Of a stretch of DNA of 64,000 nucleotides, positions 40,711 through 56,100 are shown one piece after another. The position numbers and the translations under genes are program-made. The notes under the pieces were generated by a model. The model ran no database searches, was not told where the DNA came from, and saw only the letters and a program-made list of their open reading frames with translations. Every line of letters starts with the position of its first letter. Position 1 is the first letter of the stretch. The DNA is from Microbotryum violaceum. Lineage: Eukaryota. The stretch covers positions 3,224,001-3,288,000 of the forward strand of contig CDLV01000004.1 of assembly GCA_001244265.2 (NCBI GenBank). The letters are read 5' to 3'.

Positions 40711-42777
40711 GCGATTGTGCCTTGCTCACTCGAACTTGCCAACCTCCTACTGGTGTGACGCTGTCCAAGCATTCGCCTACGTCTTGAAGCGGCGCTCGTC
40801 GAGAGCAAATGCCGGGGGAAGTCGCCGTACGAGCTCTATCACGGTCGGATCCCTGATGTTCACCGTTTTCGGGTTTGGGGATGCAACGCCACGGTCAACT
40901 CGCCCTCGCATGCTCGGCAGTCAACAGTGTCTCCTCCAGGCGTGTTGTGCACGTTTGTCGGCTACAGCCCACTCGGATGGCTTTTCATTCGACACGATAA
41001 TGGCCGTTTGATTCAGTCTTCCGACGCGCGTTTCTACAAGCGAAGTTTTGGGCGCAAGGTTGTTGCACCCACCCCTCCCGTCGCAATCGACATTTTTGAA
41101 GGCCTCGATTGTCCGGACGATGAACCCGCCGTCGCTGTGCCAGTTCCGGAGGAAGCACCTGAGGAAGAATTGGACGAAGCTCACGATGACGACCCCGACG
41201 ATCAGCCCCGACCGGGATATGAGCATGTTATACCCACGGGGAGTGCACTGCGGAACTAGCCAACCACTGGGGTGCGATCCCGGACACTCGTCGCCGACCA
41301 ATTGTGGACGAGAAATTTCGTTGAACTCGATGATCTTCTTGACAATGACTGCCACCGGTTACCTCTCGTGGGTCACATCAATCTCTCCCGGTGTGACGGT
41401 GGCTGGACACCTCTTGCGGACGTCGTCGGCGATCTTGACACGAAACACATTGTCGGAGACTGCTACGAGCTTTGGACTGGCAACCCGGACGAGCCCACTT
41501 TCCGCGAAGCGATGAATGGTCCGGATAGGGAACAATGGTGTGTTGCGTATGCACGCGAGCTGTCCAACCATGAGGGCATGGGCACCTGGGACAAGGAGGA
41601 GTCTCAGCCACCAGTCGGACGAAGGGCAATCCCAACCAAGATGGTCCTCCTGAAGAAGCGCAACAATGGAGGGGAGGTACTCACCTTCAAACCCGACTTG
41701 TTGCTCGGGGTGATCTTCAAAAGCCGGGAGACTACGGAACCACGTACGCTCCTACCGCCCGCATCGCCTCGGTACGCATTTTGAACGTTCTAGCGCATGT
41801 ACATCGCTGGCGACGCCAACAATTCGATGTCAACAACGCGTATCTCAATGCGGATGTCTCGGAACAAGTCTGGATCCAGCTGCCGGACAAGACAGTCCAT
41901 CGCCTTCGTCGCTTGATTTATGGTCTGAAGCAAGCCGGTCACGATTGGAATCAGACACTACACGTTTCATGTCCGATCCTCAAGCCGAACACATCGCTCG
42001 CGCCAAGCATGTACTCCGCTACCTCAAAGGCATGGCGTCTCTCGGCCTCGTCTATCATCGGGACCTTGGAACCGAGATTGTGCCGTACTCCGATGCCAAT
42101 CACGCTGGCGACAAGTCGTCCTGGGTTTCCGTCTTGGGCCACGTTGTCCAGATGGCGGGCTGTGCAATCATTTGGTCGGCCCAACGGCAAACTGGTGTGG
42201 CTCATTTGTCTGTCGAAGCCAAATATGTCGCCCTTTTGTCAACGTGCAGAGAAGTCATGTGGCTGCGCTCACTGTTATTTGCACTTGGATTCCCGTGCGT
42301 TGGTCCGACCATCATTCAAGCAGATTTCACAGGTGCCATTGCGCTCTCAAAGCATCCAACTTCGCACACAATGACAAAACACATCTCGGTCGCATATCAC
42401 CTTTCCAGACGGTTGCAAGACGATGGCCATGTCGACATTCGCTGGGTCGAGACAAATCTCATGGTTGCTGACATCATGACCAAGGGTCTGGGCAAGGCCA
42501 AGCACGAGCATTTCGTGGAACACCTTGGGCTCACAGCCGTAGCTCGTCAGGGGAGGTGTTGGAATGGGTTGGTGCAACAGAAGACGATCTCGTCTGTGAG
42601 CACAATGGGAGCCAACTGGGTTGAAGCGGTGATCGCGAGTGAGAGCGAGGCCAGGGATTCTTGGGCTCAGTATTCATTAGAAAGTGTCCAATTGGGTATT
42701 GCTTAGACGTTGTTAGGCTCCGCGGGCAGAAGCGGCTTAGTTTCTCCCCATCCGCTTCTCAATAGTTGAGCTTAGCC
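40711..42777 (+). mobile_element. Ty1/Copia remnant 1 (integrase C-terminus, deleted RT, RNase H, partial 3' LTR from 42557)
   Basis: [78 protein letters not shown] then TGTTGG. Confidence 0.9.
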
Positions 42778-43025
42778 TGCAAGGCCTGAGGCCTTTGCCC
42801 GAGGTACAATGGAAGGCGATAGAACTTTTGGCTTAGTTGAATAGCTTGCGCGCACCTAGAACCTCCCTTGGCTTTTGCCAGCTCACTGACCCGAGGTGGG
42901 TGCCCCTTTTCTCATATGTGTAGTATGCCAGCTCACTGACCCGAGATTCTAGTGAATTACTATTGTTTGATCCTGTCTATCGTTCTGGAGCACCGCTGCA
43001 CGCGGTGCTTCCAATTTTTTTTTGA

Positions 43026-43322
<297 letters not shown>

Positions 43323-43325
43323 TGA

Positions 43326-43538
<213 letters not shown>

Positions 43539-43541
43539 TGA

Positions 43542-44834
<1,293 letters not shown>

Positions 44835-45181
44835 TGAAACCTGGTATGAAGACTCCGCGGCAACCAACCTACGGCACTCCGATGCGCTGGCGTGCGGCGT
44901 GGCGACGCTTACTGGATGAACACCTCGCGGCCGGTCGTCTTTGCCCATCATCGTCGGAATACTCCTCGCCGGCCTTCATCATTCCCAAGAAGGGTATGGA
45001 CACTGACCCGTCAATTATGCCGCGTTGGGTCAACGACTATCGGATCCTCAATGCAGCGACGGTACCAGATCGCACACCGCTTCCCCTGCCGGACGAGATT
45101 TTGGCCGTCGCAGCTCGGGCGCGCTTCTGGTCCAAGATTGATATGACAAACAGCTTTTTCCAGACGGAGATGGCCGAGGAG

Positions 45182-48100
45182 TGTTGAGGTAGATTACTCT
45201 TGCCTTAAATCTGCCTAGCGCGCGTCTCTATTTGTATTAGCCGCGCGGTCCAATCGCGTCTTTCCTTCTTCTTCTCCACTTGATTACGAACTCATTGGCT
45301 TGCCACTGCCGCCAACTCGTTCAGGTGTGTGAAGAACTCCTTTATTGCAATCCACTTGATTACGAACTCATTGGCTTGCCACTGCCGCCAACTCGTTCAG
45401 CACATCGCTGTTCAACTTCTACAGGTTATGAGCCCAACGAGCTACCAGCTGCTGTGATGCCCTCCCGCCTGGCTGGGAACTCGTCCTCGAAGAATGTGAC
45501 GCTGCGCAATTTGAAAACTTGTCTGGTAGCGGGGTCAAACAGTCGGTATCCCTTGGATTCGAGATCGTAGCCGACGAATACGAGTGGAATGCCCCGCGGA
45601 TCGAGTTTGCTGCGCGCTTCGGTGGTAGCTGCCTTCCACGCTCTGCAGCCGAATACGCGGAGATGGCCGGCTGACGGCTTCGATCCGTGCCAACGCGTGT
45701 GTGGTGTGACGCCTGAATTTGCCGAGTGTGGTGAGCGATTTTTGACGTAGACATATGTCGCCAATGCCTCGGCCCACAAAGCGTGAGATAGACCCGACTG
45801 GTGGAGCATTGATCGGACACCCTCGGTGATCGAGCGATTTGCGCGTTCGGCAACCCCGTTTTGCTGAGGGGCATCGGGAATCGAAAGCTGACAAGTGATG
45901 CCTTGTTCTTCCAGGAAGCTCGAGAACTCGTTCGACAAGAATTCACCACCGTTGTCGGAGCGGACTGCCAGGAGTTTTCTCGACGAGGAGCGCTCGACCT
46001 TTGCAAGCCACGACTTGAAGGCCGCAAAGGTATCGGACTTGTGCGACATCGGAATTGCCCAGAGATATCGGGTGTAATCATCGACAATGACGAGGGCGTA
46101 TTTTGCGCCGCCTAACGACACGGCGCCGTCGAACGCAAGAAGGTCCATGTGGACTCGATCAAGAGGCTGGGCTGAACGATTCGACGCGACGGTGGGGAAA
46201 GGGTGATGTGTGATCTTCCCAGCCTGGCATGTATCACATTTCAAGTCTGCGTTCAATGCTACCTCCATGTTGACTCCCAGCACAGCCTCAGTTGAGATCA
46301 GCTGTCGTAGAGCGCGTGGGTGAAGGTGAGCGAAACGTCCGTGCATGATGGAGACGGGGACGGCCGCGAACGCACGTGGGGACGCACCCGGTTGCTCGAT
46401 GAGAGTAGTGACGTCGACTAGGGAAGCATGCATGTGGTACAAGCCGTTCGTGATCTCCCCGGTGTGGCAAATCGACCCGTCGACTGAGACCGTTGCTTTG
46501 CCTCGGGAAAGGTTGATGTCGTAGCCCGCGGCGTTGGCGCGACTGGCGGAGAAGAGGCTGACCGGCGCGCTGGGGACAAACAACGCGTGGTGGAGTTGAC
46601 CGATGCTGCCGTCGAAGGAGCGAACGACAGCGGAACCGACGCCTTCGATCGAATTGACCGCCTCGCCCGTGATGCCCTCGAGCGGAGCAGGCTTGCACTT
46701 GCGGAAGTTGGTGAAACAAGCGCGATCGTTGACGATGTGATGCGTCGCGCCGCTGTCGAGGATGAGGGAAGGTTTGGCCAATGTGGACATCGCTGCGGTG
46801 AGGTATCCGCGGACCGGGCCGTCTACCAACGTCGAGATGTCGGGAGCAGCGGCGAGTGATGCGGACGGCGCGGAGGAGGCCTTGGACTTCTTGTCCTTGA
46901 CGGGGCATTTTCGATTCCAGTGAGGACCTCCACAGTGTCGGCACGGAGCTGACGGAGTCGATGAAGATCTGTCCGTCGCGGTCAAGCTAGCTACCATCGC
47001 CACGGGCTTGTGTGCCGGCGTGGATTCAGCTTGAGTCTGAAGCGTTTGAAGCGCTTCAATCGGATCAGGGAGCTTGTCGAGGTCTTGACGGAGCGCTTGA
47101 GTATAGTACTCCTTGTAGAGGTCCTTGCCAAAGTGGATCAAGCGTATCGAGATGACCTGGTCAAAGGTAAGGTTGTATCCCGAAAGAGTGTTAAACAGCT
47201 CAATGGTGTTGGCTTGGTACTTCTCGAACGCGTCGACACCGGAGGGAGGCGGACCCGCATCGAGCAGGGCTTGGAGCTTGATGAAGATGTCGGTGACTGT
47301 GCCTGCTGCGACCGCTTTCTTGATCATCTTCAAGACGTCGGTGGGAGTGTGATCGAATCCATCTTTGATCTGCTTCTTGATGTTGAGGGAGACCGAGCGC
47401 CTCAAGAGCGCGATCGCTTGGAAGTTGGCGTGCTCCAGGTCGGTGCGCGCGTTGGGTTTCTGAATGGGCGTCGCAAGCGTGCAGTTCCAATAGTCGCCCC
47501 CGAGAGCTCCACGGACGTCGTTGATCCATTGCGACCAGCCTCCCGCGTTGCGCAGGTGGCATGACGGGTCGATATCGCGGGGTTTGACATAGACGATAGA
47601 GGTTGTTCCCCCTGATACCACAGTGTCCGTATCACCGGGCATGATGACTTGATGACTCGAGTTGGCTGGGCCGCTACGTTGGGCTCGTAACCTGTAGAAG
47701 TCGAACAGCGATGTGCTGAACGAGTTGGCGGCAGTGGCAAGCCAATGAGTTCGTAATCAAGTGGATTGCAATAAAGGAGTTCTTCACACACCTGAACGAG
47801 TTGGCGGCAGTGGAACCCTAACCCTCGTTCGACAAGAATTCACCACCGTTGTCGGAGCGGACTGCCAGGAGTTTTCTCGACGAGGAGCGCTCGACCTTTG
47901 CAAGCCACGACTTGAAGGCCGCAAAGGTATCGAACTCGTAGAAAGGCCCACTGCCACCCACACTTCGCACCCGCCCTCCCCTTCGTGCAATGTCGCTGTC
48001 GATGGTCCGAGTATAGAGTGATGGAGTTGGACGCCTAGGGCGACTACAAATCGGCTCCATCCGGTCGCCCGCATCAACCTTTGTGTCTCACACTTTGTGC

Positions 48101-48901
48101 CAACATTGCCATCGTCCCCGCCCCTCTCGATCATCAAACAACGTCTGTGTCATCGTCGTCATTGTCATCGTCGTCGTTGTTGGATATCAAGTCACGGGTT
48201 GGCAGGTCGCTGGGGATGGAAGTATAAGGACGGCACAACAGCTTAGAGAGCGGATGGTGGGGCCATCTCATGGTCATCTCGTCTCCAACCTCGCGTAGCT
48301 TGTTCATCCACGGAAGCGGAGTACCTGGGCCTCTCGCATGCAGCCAAGGAGGCTGTCTTCCTTCGCTCGCTCCTCACCGAACTCGGTCTCGATACGTCGT
48401 CCCCTTTACGTCTTCTCGGGATAACCAGGGAGCTATAGCGCTCACCCAGAATCCGGTCTTCCACGCTCGCACCAAACATTTGCGCATGTTGGAGCATTTC
48501 GTTCGGGAGCATGTTCGGAATGGAGAGATCTCGGTCACCTACATCCCAACCCACGATATGGTTGCCGACATTTTCACCAAGCCGCTGCCGCGAGTAGTCT
48601 TCCAGCGTCATTGTGACGCCATCGGTCTGCGCCGCATTTCAGGCCAAGAGCAAGGGGGGGTGTTGAGGTAGATTACTCTTGCCTTAAATCTGCCTAGCGC
48701 GCGTCTCTATTTGTATTAGCCGCGCGTCCAATCGCGTCTTTCCTTCTTCTTCTCCACTTGATTACGAACTCATTGGCTTGCCACTGCCGCCAACTCGTTC
48801 AGGTGTGTGAAGAACTCCTTTATTGCAATCCACTTGATTACGAACTCATTGGCTTGCCACTGCCGCCAACTCGTTCAGCACATCGCTGTTCGACTTCTAC
48901 A
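45182..48901 (+). mobile_element. Ty1/Copia element 2, internally inverted and RT-deleted, nested in Gypsy 2
   Basis: Near-identical LTRs 45182-45423 and 48661-48901; TSD AGGAG on both sides; PBS GGTTATGAGCCC; PPT AAGGGGGGG; RNase H at 48256-48660. Confidence 0.95.
45426..47642 (-). CDS. Copia gag-protease-integrase ORF (738 aa, uninterrupted), antisense to the flanking LTRs
   Basis: CRHCGGPHWNRKC knuckle, ILDSGATHH protease, HGRFAH..CDTC, VHMDL, RSDNGGEF, QQNGVAERANR, FVGY. Confidence 0.9.
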   Translation of the reverse strand: MPGDTDTVVSGGTTSIVYVKPRDIDPSCHLRNAGGWSQWINDVRGALGGDYWNCTLATPIQKPNARTDLEHANFQAIALLRRSVSLNIKKQIKDGFDHTPTDVLKMIKKAVAAGTVTDIFIKLQALLDAGPPPSGVDAFEKYQANTIELFNTLSGYNLTFDQVISIRLIHFGKDLYKEYYTQALRQDLDKLPDPIEALQTLQTQAESTPAHKPVAMVASLTATDRSSSTPSAPCRHCGGPHWNRKCPVKDKKSKASSAPSASLAAAPDISTLVDGPVRGYLTAAMSTLAKPSLILDSGATHHIVNDRACFTNFRKCKPAPLEGITGEAVNSIEGVGSAVVRSFDGSIGQLHHALFVPSAPVSLFSASRANAAGYDINLSRGKATVSVDGSICHTGEITNGLYHMHASLVDVTTLIEQPGASPRAFAAVPVSIMHGRFAHLHPRALRQLISTEAVLGVNMEVALNADLKCDTCQAGKITHHPFPTVASNRSAQPLDRVHMDLLAFDGAVSLGGAKYALVIVDDYTRYLWAIPMSHKSDTFAAFKSWLAKVERSSSRKLLAVRSDNGGEFLSNEFSSFLEEQGITCQLSIPDAPQQNGVAERANRSITEGVRSMLHQSGLSHALWAEALATYVYVKNRSPHSANSGVTPHTRWHGSKPSAGHLRVFGCRAWKAATTEARSKLDPRGIPLVFVGYDLESKGYRLFDPATRQVFKLRSVTFFEDEFPARREGITAAGSSLGS

Positions 48902-51198
48902 AGGAGGACATACCAAAGACCGCGGTGGCAACCCCTGGGGGCTCTTCGAGTGGGTCGTCATGCCGATGGGCCTGTCGAACGCGCCGGCGACGCATCAACG
49001 CCGGGTCAACGAGGCCCTGTCTAGTCTCATCGGCAAGAGCTGCTTCGCCTATCTTGACGACATCACTATCTTCTCGGATACCATGGAGGATCATCAAACC
49101 CACGTCAAGGAGGTACTCGAGGCGCTGCGGCGGGCCGATCTGTATTGTTCGCCAAAGAAGACCGAACTTTTTCGAACGTCTTGCGACTTTTTGGGGCATG
49201 TCATTTCGCGAAACGGGATTGCGGCAGATCAGTCGAAGGTGGAGTGAATCGTGGGGTGGCCGCGTCCGCGGACTGTCACAGAGCTTCGGGGGTTTCTGGG
49301 CCTCGTTCAATACTTGCGCAAGTTCATCAATGGTCTGGCCCAACATACCAAACCTCTGGCGGATTTAACGTCGAAGAACGCCAATGTCCGACTCATGTGG
49401 GGTGCCAAGCAAGAGCGACACTTCAACGCCATAAAGGCCATCGTCACCTCGCTGCCATGTCTCAAGCCGATCGACCACATGGATTCCGCTGATCCCCTCT
49501 GGGTTATGACGGACGCAAGTAACGTTGGATAGGCGCCGTGTTGCTTCAGGGGCAGGATTGGCGCAAGGCACACCCGGTGGCGTATTGGTCTCGTCAGTAT
49601 ATCAGTGCGGAGGTCAACTACCCGACCCATGAACAGGAGCTTTTGGCGGTCGTGGACGCCCTGCGTCAGTGGCGAGTCAACTTGATGGGTGTCCACTTCC
49701 ATGTCCTTTCTGACCACGAATCGCTGAAGTACCTCAAGACGCAGGAAAATCTGTCAAAGCGTCAGGCCCGCTGGGTCGAACGTCTACCTGACTACGATTT
49801 CGGCATCACCTACATTCCGGGAGGCGAGAACACCGTGGCAGACGCGATGAGCCGGTACTCTTTCCCGCAGGGGGAGCCTGATTCCGTACAGGCGGTTTCG
49901 GAGATGGACGTCGACACACAGCTGCGGGGCCGCCTTGTGGAGGGCTATGACTCCGATCCCTTTTGCCAGCAGGTCAAGCGCAATCTCGACTCGTCGCCAG
50001 GGTTCTCTTGTGTGGATGGGGTGCTGTATTTCGAGGGTAGGATGGTTGTACCTGCGGTGCCACAGCTTCGGGAGGACATCTTACACGACGCTCACGACGC
50101 GCTGGGTCACTTCAGCCCGCGCAAGACCTTCCATCAGGTGTCTCGGACTTTCTTCTGGCAGCGGCTGCGAACATCATGCGACGCCTATGTCTCAACATGT
50201 GATGTATGTCAACGTACTAAAGCAACAACCACGGGCGCGTTGGGGGTATCGCATGCGTTGGCTGTGCCGGATGGGCTGATGCAGGAGGTGGCTCTCGATT
50301 TTGTGGGCCCCCTGCCCAAGAGCCAGGGGTTCGACATGCTCCTCACGATCACCGATCGTTTATCGGGCTATACGCGCTTGATACCTAGCCTGGCCGCGGA
50401 CACCGCCAAGGACATAGCCGAACGTTTTCATGAGGGGCGGCACCGCTTCTTCGGACCGCCAACGAGGATAGTCTCCGATCGGGATAAGCTATTTACATCG
50501 CATTTCTGGCGCGCGTATCACAATCTGATGGGCACTCGACTCGCCATGTCTACATCGTTCCACCCGGAAACCGACGGCCGTAGCGAACGGACCAACAAGA
50601 CCGCCATTCAAGCCTTGCGAGCCGTGGTCAACAAGCAGCAGAACAATTGGGTCCGACATCTGGTCAACATTGAGTTTGCGATCAACCCAAGCGTCAACGC
50701 CTCAACGAACAAATCGCCGTTTGAGGTGGTCCTAGGTCGTTCACCCAGCCTGTTGCCAACGTCTCTCAATCGACTTGACTTGCCCGATGTGCCTGCGGAA
50801 AAGGACCTGATCGCCGAGCGGAAGGCGGTGTTGACGGAGGTCCGGGATGCATTGGCTGCAGCCAAGGTGCGGCAAGTGGAGCAGGTCAACCGACATCGAC
50901 GGCCAGAACCGGACATTGCGGTGGGCGATTTCGTCATGGTGGACACCCGTGACCGTTGTCTTCGATTTAAAACGGTACACCGCAAGTCGGCCAAGCTCTT
51001 CGATCGCCTTGAGGGACCCTACAAGGTTATTGCCGCGAATGTTGCCACCTCCAACTACACACTGCAGCTTAGCGAAGGCGACCGATCACATCCTACGTTT
51101 CACGTAAGCAAGCTCCGTCCTTACCGAGCCAACGACCCCAACCTCTTTCCGAATCGAGAACCCGCCAGACCCAAACCAGTTACAATCGATGGACATGA

Positions 51199-51372
<174 letters not shown>

Positions 51373-51560
51373 TAGTTCAGGAGGGGGAGGGTGCAAGGCC
51401 TGAGGCCTTTGCCCAAGGTACAATGGAAGGCGATAGAACTTTTGGCTTAGTTGAATAGCTTGCGCGCGCCTAGAACCTCCCTTGGCTTTCGCCAGCTCAC
51501 TGACCCGAGGTTCTAGGTGGGTGCCCCTTTTCTCATATGTGTGGTATGCTAGCTCACTGA

Positions 51561-51668
<108 letters not shown>

Positions 51669-52616
51669 TGACCGCGCAGTGACGGCCAACCAGGATCGCT
51701 GTTCTGGGAGCACAGGAGAGGCATTGTTGACTTCTCTTGCTTGATGGTGTGGTGGAAGGGAGTGTCGTGGGCGAGCCGAGTGGAACAAGGTGAGTCATTG
51801 TCACGGTCGTCCTTGTGATCATTGTGCTTATCGTCCACATAATTGTCACAGTTCTCCTCGCAGTCCTCTGCGGACTTGATGCGATTAGGCAAGTCGCTTG
51901 TACGATCGGTGATAGGAAATTCTCCTGTTGGAGTCGGGGATTTCGATAGCCGCGGTGCGGACACCGTGCAGGTCAATGCTTCAGCTTGAAGGTCGCCAGA
52001 ATTGTCCTGAGGATGCGCTGAGTTTGCCGACTCGGGGACCGACTGGCCGTTTCCTTTCCTGATTCGACGATTGGTTCCTACCGTTGATTGGCGTTTGATG
52101 CTTGGGACTTTGAATCTCGACTTGGGAGTCCGCCATTGGGGCCGGTCTCCAGCTCCAGAACGAGTCCGAGCCCAGGGCCCGGCGTCACGGTCGGGAAGCT
52201 GGCGGTTCCGCAATCTCATTTATGAAAGATTTGAGTCCGTGCCTGCTGGCACAAAGCTGGAGGTCGCAATTGGCTGGTTCGCAAAAGTCAAACAGTGCCA
52301 CGGTGTTGACGTCGATGGGCGGTGTGGGGACAATTAGGTGAACAAATGTGAACAAAGGCTTCGAGCTGAGTGCGCCTCCTGTCGTTCCACATGGCACGTG
52401 CGCGCGCGGGCGTATCCTTACACATGTCGACACATGTAAGGATACGAGGAGTTTGTACAAATGTCCGCACATGTGCGGACACTTGATTATAGGTCAATAC
52501 ATGACGATATCGTATCTTTTCAATGTCGTAGGACAAATATATAAGTATTTTGAGGTTGAACCTGCAAGAAGAACATGATACGATATGTGCTGCCAGACTT
52601 ATGATGACTTCAAATT

Positions 52617-52687
52617 CTCATGTGCGGACAGCAGCCTCATGTGCGGACAGCAGCCTCATGTGCGGACAGCAGCCTCATGTGCGGACA
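52617..52687. repeat. 19-bp tandem repeat CTCATGTGCGGACAGCAGC, about 3.7 copies
   Basis: Read directly; the core CATGTGCGGACA also occurs as an inverted pair at 52470-52486 and 52696-52712. Confidence 0.9.
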
Positions 52688-53103
52688 TGTGTCGGTCAAG
52701 TGTCCGCACATGGCCGGCCGAGTGCGGACCCATCTCGCCACACTCAGCCGAGTCGCACTTATGCAGGTTTTGAATGATTAGCCTTCTACTCCCCTGAAGA
52801 TGGTATCAATATTGAGGATTGTGGACACTCCTGCGGCTAGAAAGTCACGTGCTATAAAACACGACACAGCACATCACTCTTCTCTTGCGCTATATGCTTA
52901 AGATAGGCAGGCGCCGGTAGAGCTCCGCCTCTCGGTAAATGAACGGGTCAAGTCGCGTCGTGACCACTTTTAAGTGTTCGACGCGTATCAGCCAGGACCG
53001 CGCCGCCGCATGTTTCAGAGCCGACTTACTGTAGCAGTTGCTTGGCGTGGCAGTTGTCTCGCATTCTTTTGCGAGGAGTCAGACAGATCAAATTTTCAGG
53101 TCA

Positions 53104-56100
53104 ATGGAGTTGCGAAGTCGCCGAATTGCGGTTGACGGCCGGCCCCAGACGCGTTCAGCAACTCGCGACACGCCAAAGACACCGTACACCAAACCACAAC
53201 GCAAGCAACCGAGCTTCGAGCATCACCCGATCTTGACACCCATATCCGAAATCTCTATCGAACTTGACGAGCCGCTCGCGTGTCGGCTAGCTGCGGATCT
53301 TGACAACACCTCTGCTGCTGAGGCTGGCGACCACCTCGCGGCCACGTCGTCGCGCGCGGTGCCGGCCCCACCTTCATCCTCTACCTTCGCAATGCAGGGA
53401 GAAAACCACCTGACACAAAGAATCAGCTTCGATCTAAGCCGTAGTTTGAGCAAGAGCAAAGTCGGACAAGACGGTGGCCACGATCATTACGACGATGCGG
53501 TTACTATTTCCAGTCCGATCCTCAATGACGCGTTCCCGTTTTGCACCTCTACATCTCCTCTTCTGTTTCCAACAACGAAAACACTCAATCAGACGTTGAG
53601 ATTCAAAGGTATCACTTCCAACACCGATCTGGGTGCACCGCGGCCGCAGGGGACGATGTCGTCATTGCCTCAATCGGTGGCTCTTCCGCAAGAAGGCGCG
53701 TCGACTTCGGCATCCCTCAGTACCAATCGTGATTTTCCTGAATCGATTGCTCTGAAAATTAATGGTACGTCTTCAAATTTCCAACCCAATATCTGTACAT
53801 TACTCGGGACATCGCTAATATCACGGTGTGGCGGGCTCCACGTGCTCAGTTTCGATCGTCGAAGCACGATCTCCCTCCGGTCACATAGTTGCTGGCGTGG
53901 CGGTGCGAATGTCGTCCTCTGTCCCTATGAACTTCACAGCAGGAGCCTGTCGTTTCGTTTACCTTCAGCATGTGCTCGATGAGGTTGCTGACGAGCTCGG
54001 AATTGCTCTCCAAGGTATACAGGACAATCATAGAGTGATCCACCTAATGACTTTCCTGCAGATCGCTGACAAACTCTTTCCAATGCAAATCTTCAGACGA
54101 CTCCTGCTTTGATTACTCCATCGTCGATCAGACCGATGTCTCGTTTGCTCCAAGCCAGATCTTCATCTCCTCTCGATACATCAAGCTCGCGTCGTTCGCT
54201 GCCAGGGCCGATTTCTCGGACCAAGTTCTTGAGTCGACCAGTTCCGCTCTCGATCTCGGCACGCTGCCAGCAGAAGCTGTACTGTCAATGAGGGTATGTC
54301 TTTGTTTCCCTTCCGCATCAAATAACGCTTGCAGAATCAACTCGCTTACTGAAATTGCTACCGCCTAACCGTCACCTCAGATCTACCAGCACCCTAAAGA
54401 TCGCCATGAATTTCTGCATTGCACTTCCATCCCCGCTCGCTCGCAAGCGGCACCTCTACAAGGTGCGGGCAGGACTGGAAACCCCCGCCTACAGTCACTC
54501 TTGTCAGGACTGCTGAAATCACATGGCATCTTGGCGAGGCGGCGTCAGCATCGAGCTTCTGTGCTATAGCCGAAGCGGAGGCCGACGACGAGGTGCGACG
54601 GCAGAATCGTCAACTAGCCGAGTTCCGCAAGTCAAGTGATGGCCACCGCTACTCCCGGTCATCGCACACCCATCCGAACGACGTACGATATCCGAATGAC
54701 CCGGAAGATGGAGACTACCCGGACTTACCGAAGTACAACGAAGGACGAATGAAGATGACCGACCTCATGCTCGATGAATACCCCAGAGAGGTCGTTCTCG
54801 ATTCATGGAGACCCAACGGAACTTGGGACAACGTCGTTGCCGTTCCAATGTCGAATGGTGGCTTGTCGTATCTGTGGTCTTTCTCAGCATCCGGCAATCG
54901 AAGCGACTCTGGTGGTGTCTGGCAAGGCCCTCGTCGGGAACTGAACCACGAGTATGTCAAGTACAACAAGAGATACTGCTTAGGCGTGTTTCTCTGTTGC
55001 GACCGATCCTGCTGTGGCAAGCGTCGACCTCCAACAAAGATCTCAGTACCAAGGAGGGCAAATCGCGGGGACAAGGCCGAAGCGCTCGACAGTACACAGG
55101 GAGCACCCAACAAACTCACCTCGCGCAAAGCGATTGCCGAACGTAGAGCGCACATCATCGCAGATCCCGCTCTGTCCGATTTAAGCTTGCAACGGGCCGA
55201 TGAAGCACATACTTTGTTCGGCAACCATTATTCAAGCACAACGCAAGGATCGCCCGGGCGAGGTCTTTATTTTGCATTCGGGGTTCCACAACCATCCCCC
55301 TCCGCCTGTCTCTCGTCCGTCATCGGAACAGGTGGAACAACTGCAACGTTTGCGTTCTGCCGCGCCCCAAGCATCTGCGGCAGAGCTACGCATTGGCCAG
55401 ATGACCGCTTTCCCCGACGACCCACGACACCGGCCGTCCGCTTCCGAGATCTGTCCACTATACGACAATACTCGGACGATTGCCAGACACGCGCCAAGAG
55501 TTGGTCAAAGCAAGCGTGGCGCCCTACAGGATGATCTTCACTCAGTCGTGCGCGTGATTGCAGATGTCGATCATCAGCTGGTGGTGTACACCAAGTACGA
55601 CAGTGGTTTCGAGGATCCGCTCCTCGCATCCGACCGCGACCGCGATCCACGGAAGCAGGCCAAGACCGAGCCTGAGAGGAAGAGACGGAAGGCTGTTTCA
55701 ACGATTTCAGGAAGAAGCAATGACCCGGATGCTAAAGCAAGCTCTGACATGTCAATTGGCATCCAGACCCCTTTGATGCGAGAACGACTCATCGACTCGA
55801 TCGCCGAACAAGCTGCTGATGGCAATGTAGGGTGGCCTACCGACGCTCATAACACCTTCTTCCGGGACAAATACGTACTACTGGCTACAGTCTGCTACTC
55901 ACCCAGCGCTCGTCGTTGGCTCCCCATCTTGTACTCCGTCGGCAACTATGAGCGAGCAAGTTTCTACCGCCAGCATTTTTTGCAACTGTTCAAGATCCTG
56001 AACGATAGCAATTGCACTCTAGACGAGATCGTCAATGGCGTCGCCTTTGTTGTCGACTACTCAGCTGCGCAACTACTTGGTCTCCGTGAAGCCATAGTAG

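Noticed and set aside
52617-52687. Short direct repeats resembling a CRISPR array
   Set aside because: No spacers, no cas genes, eukaryotic DNA.
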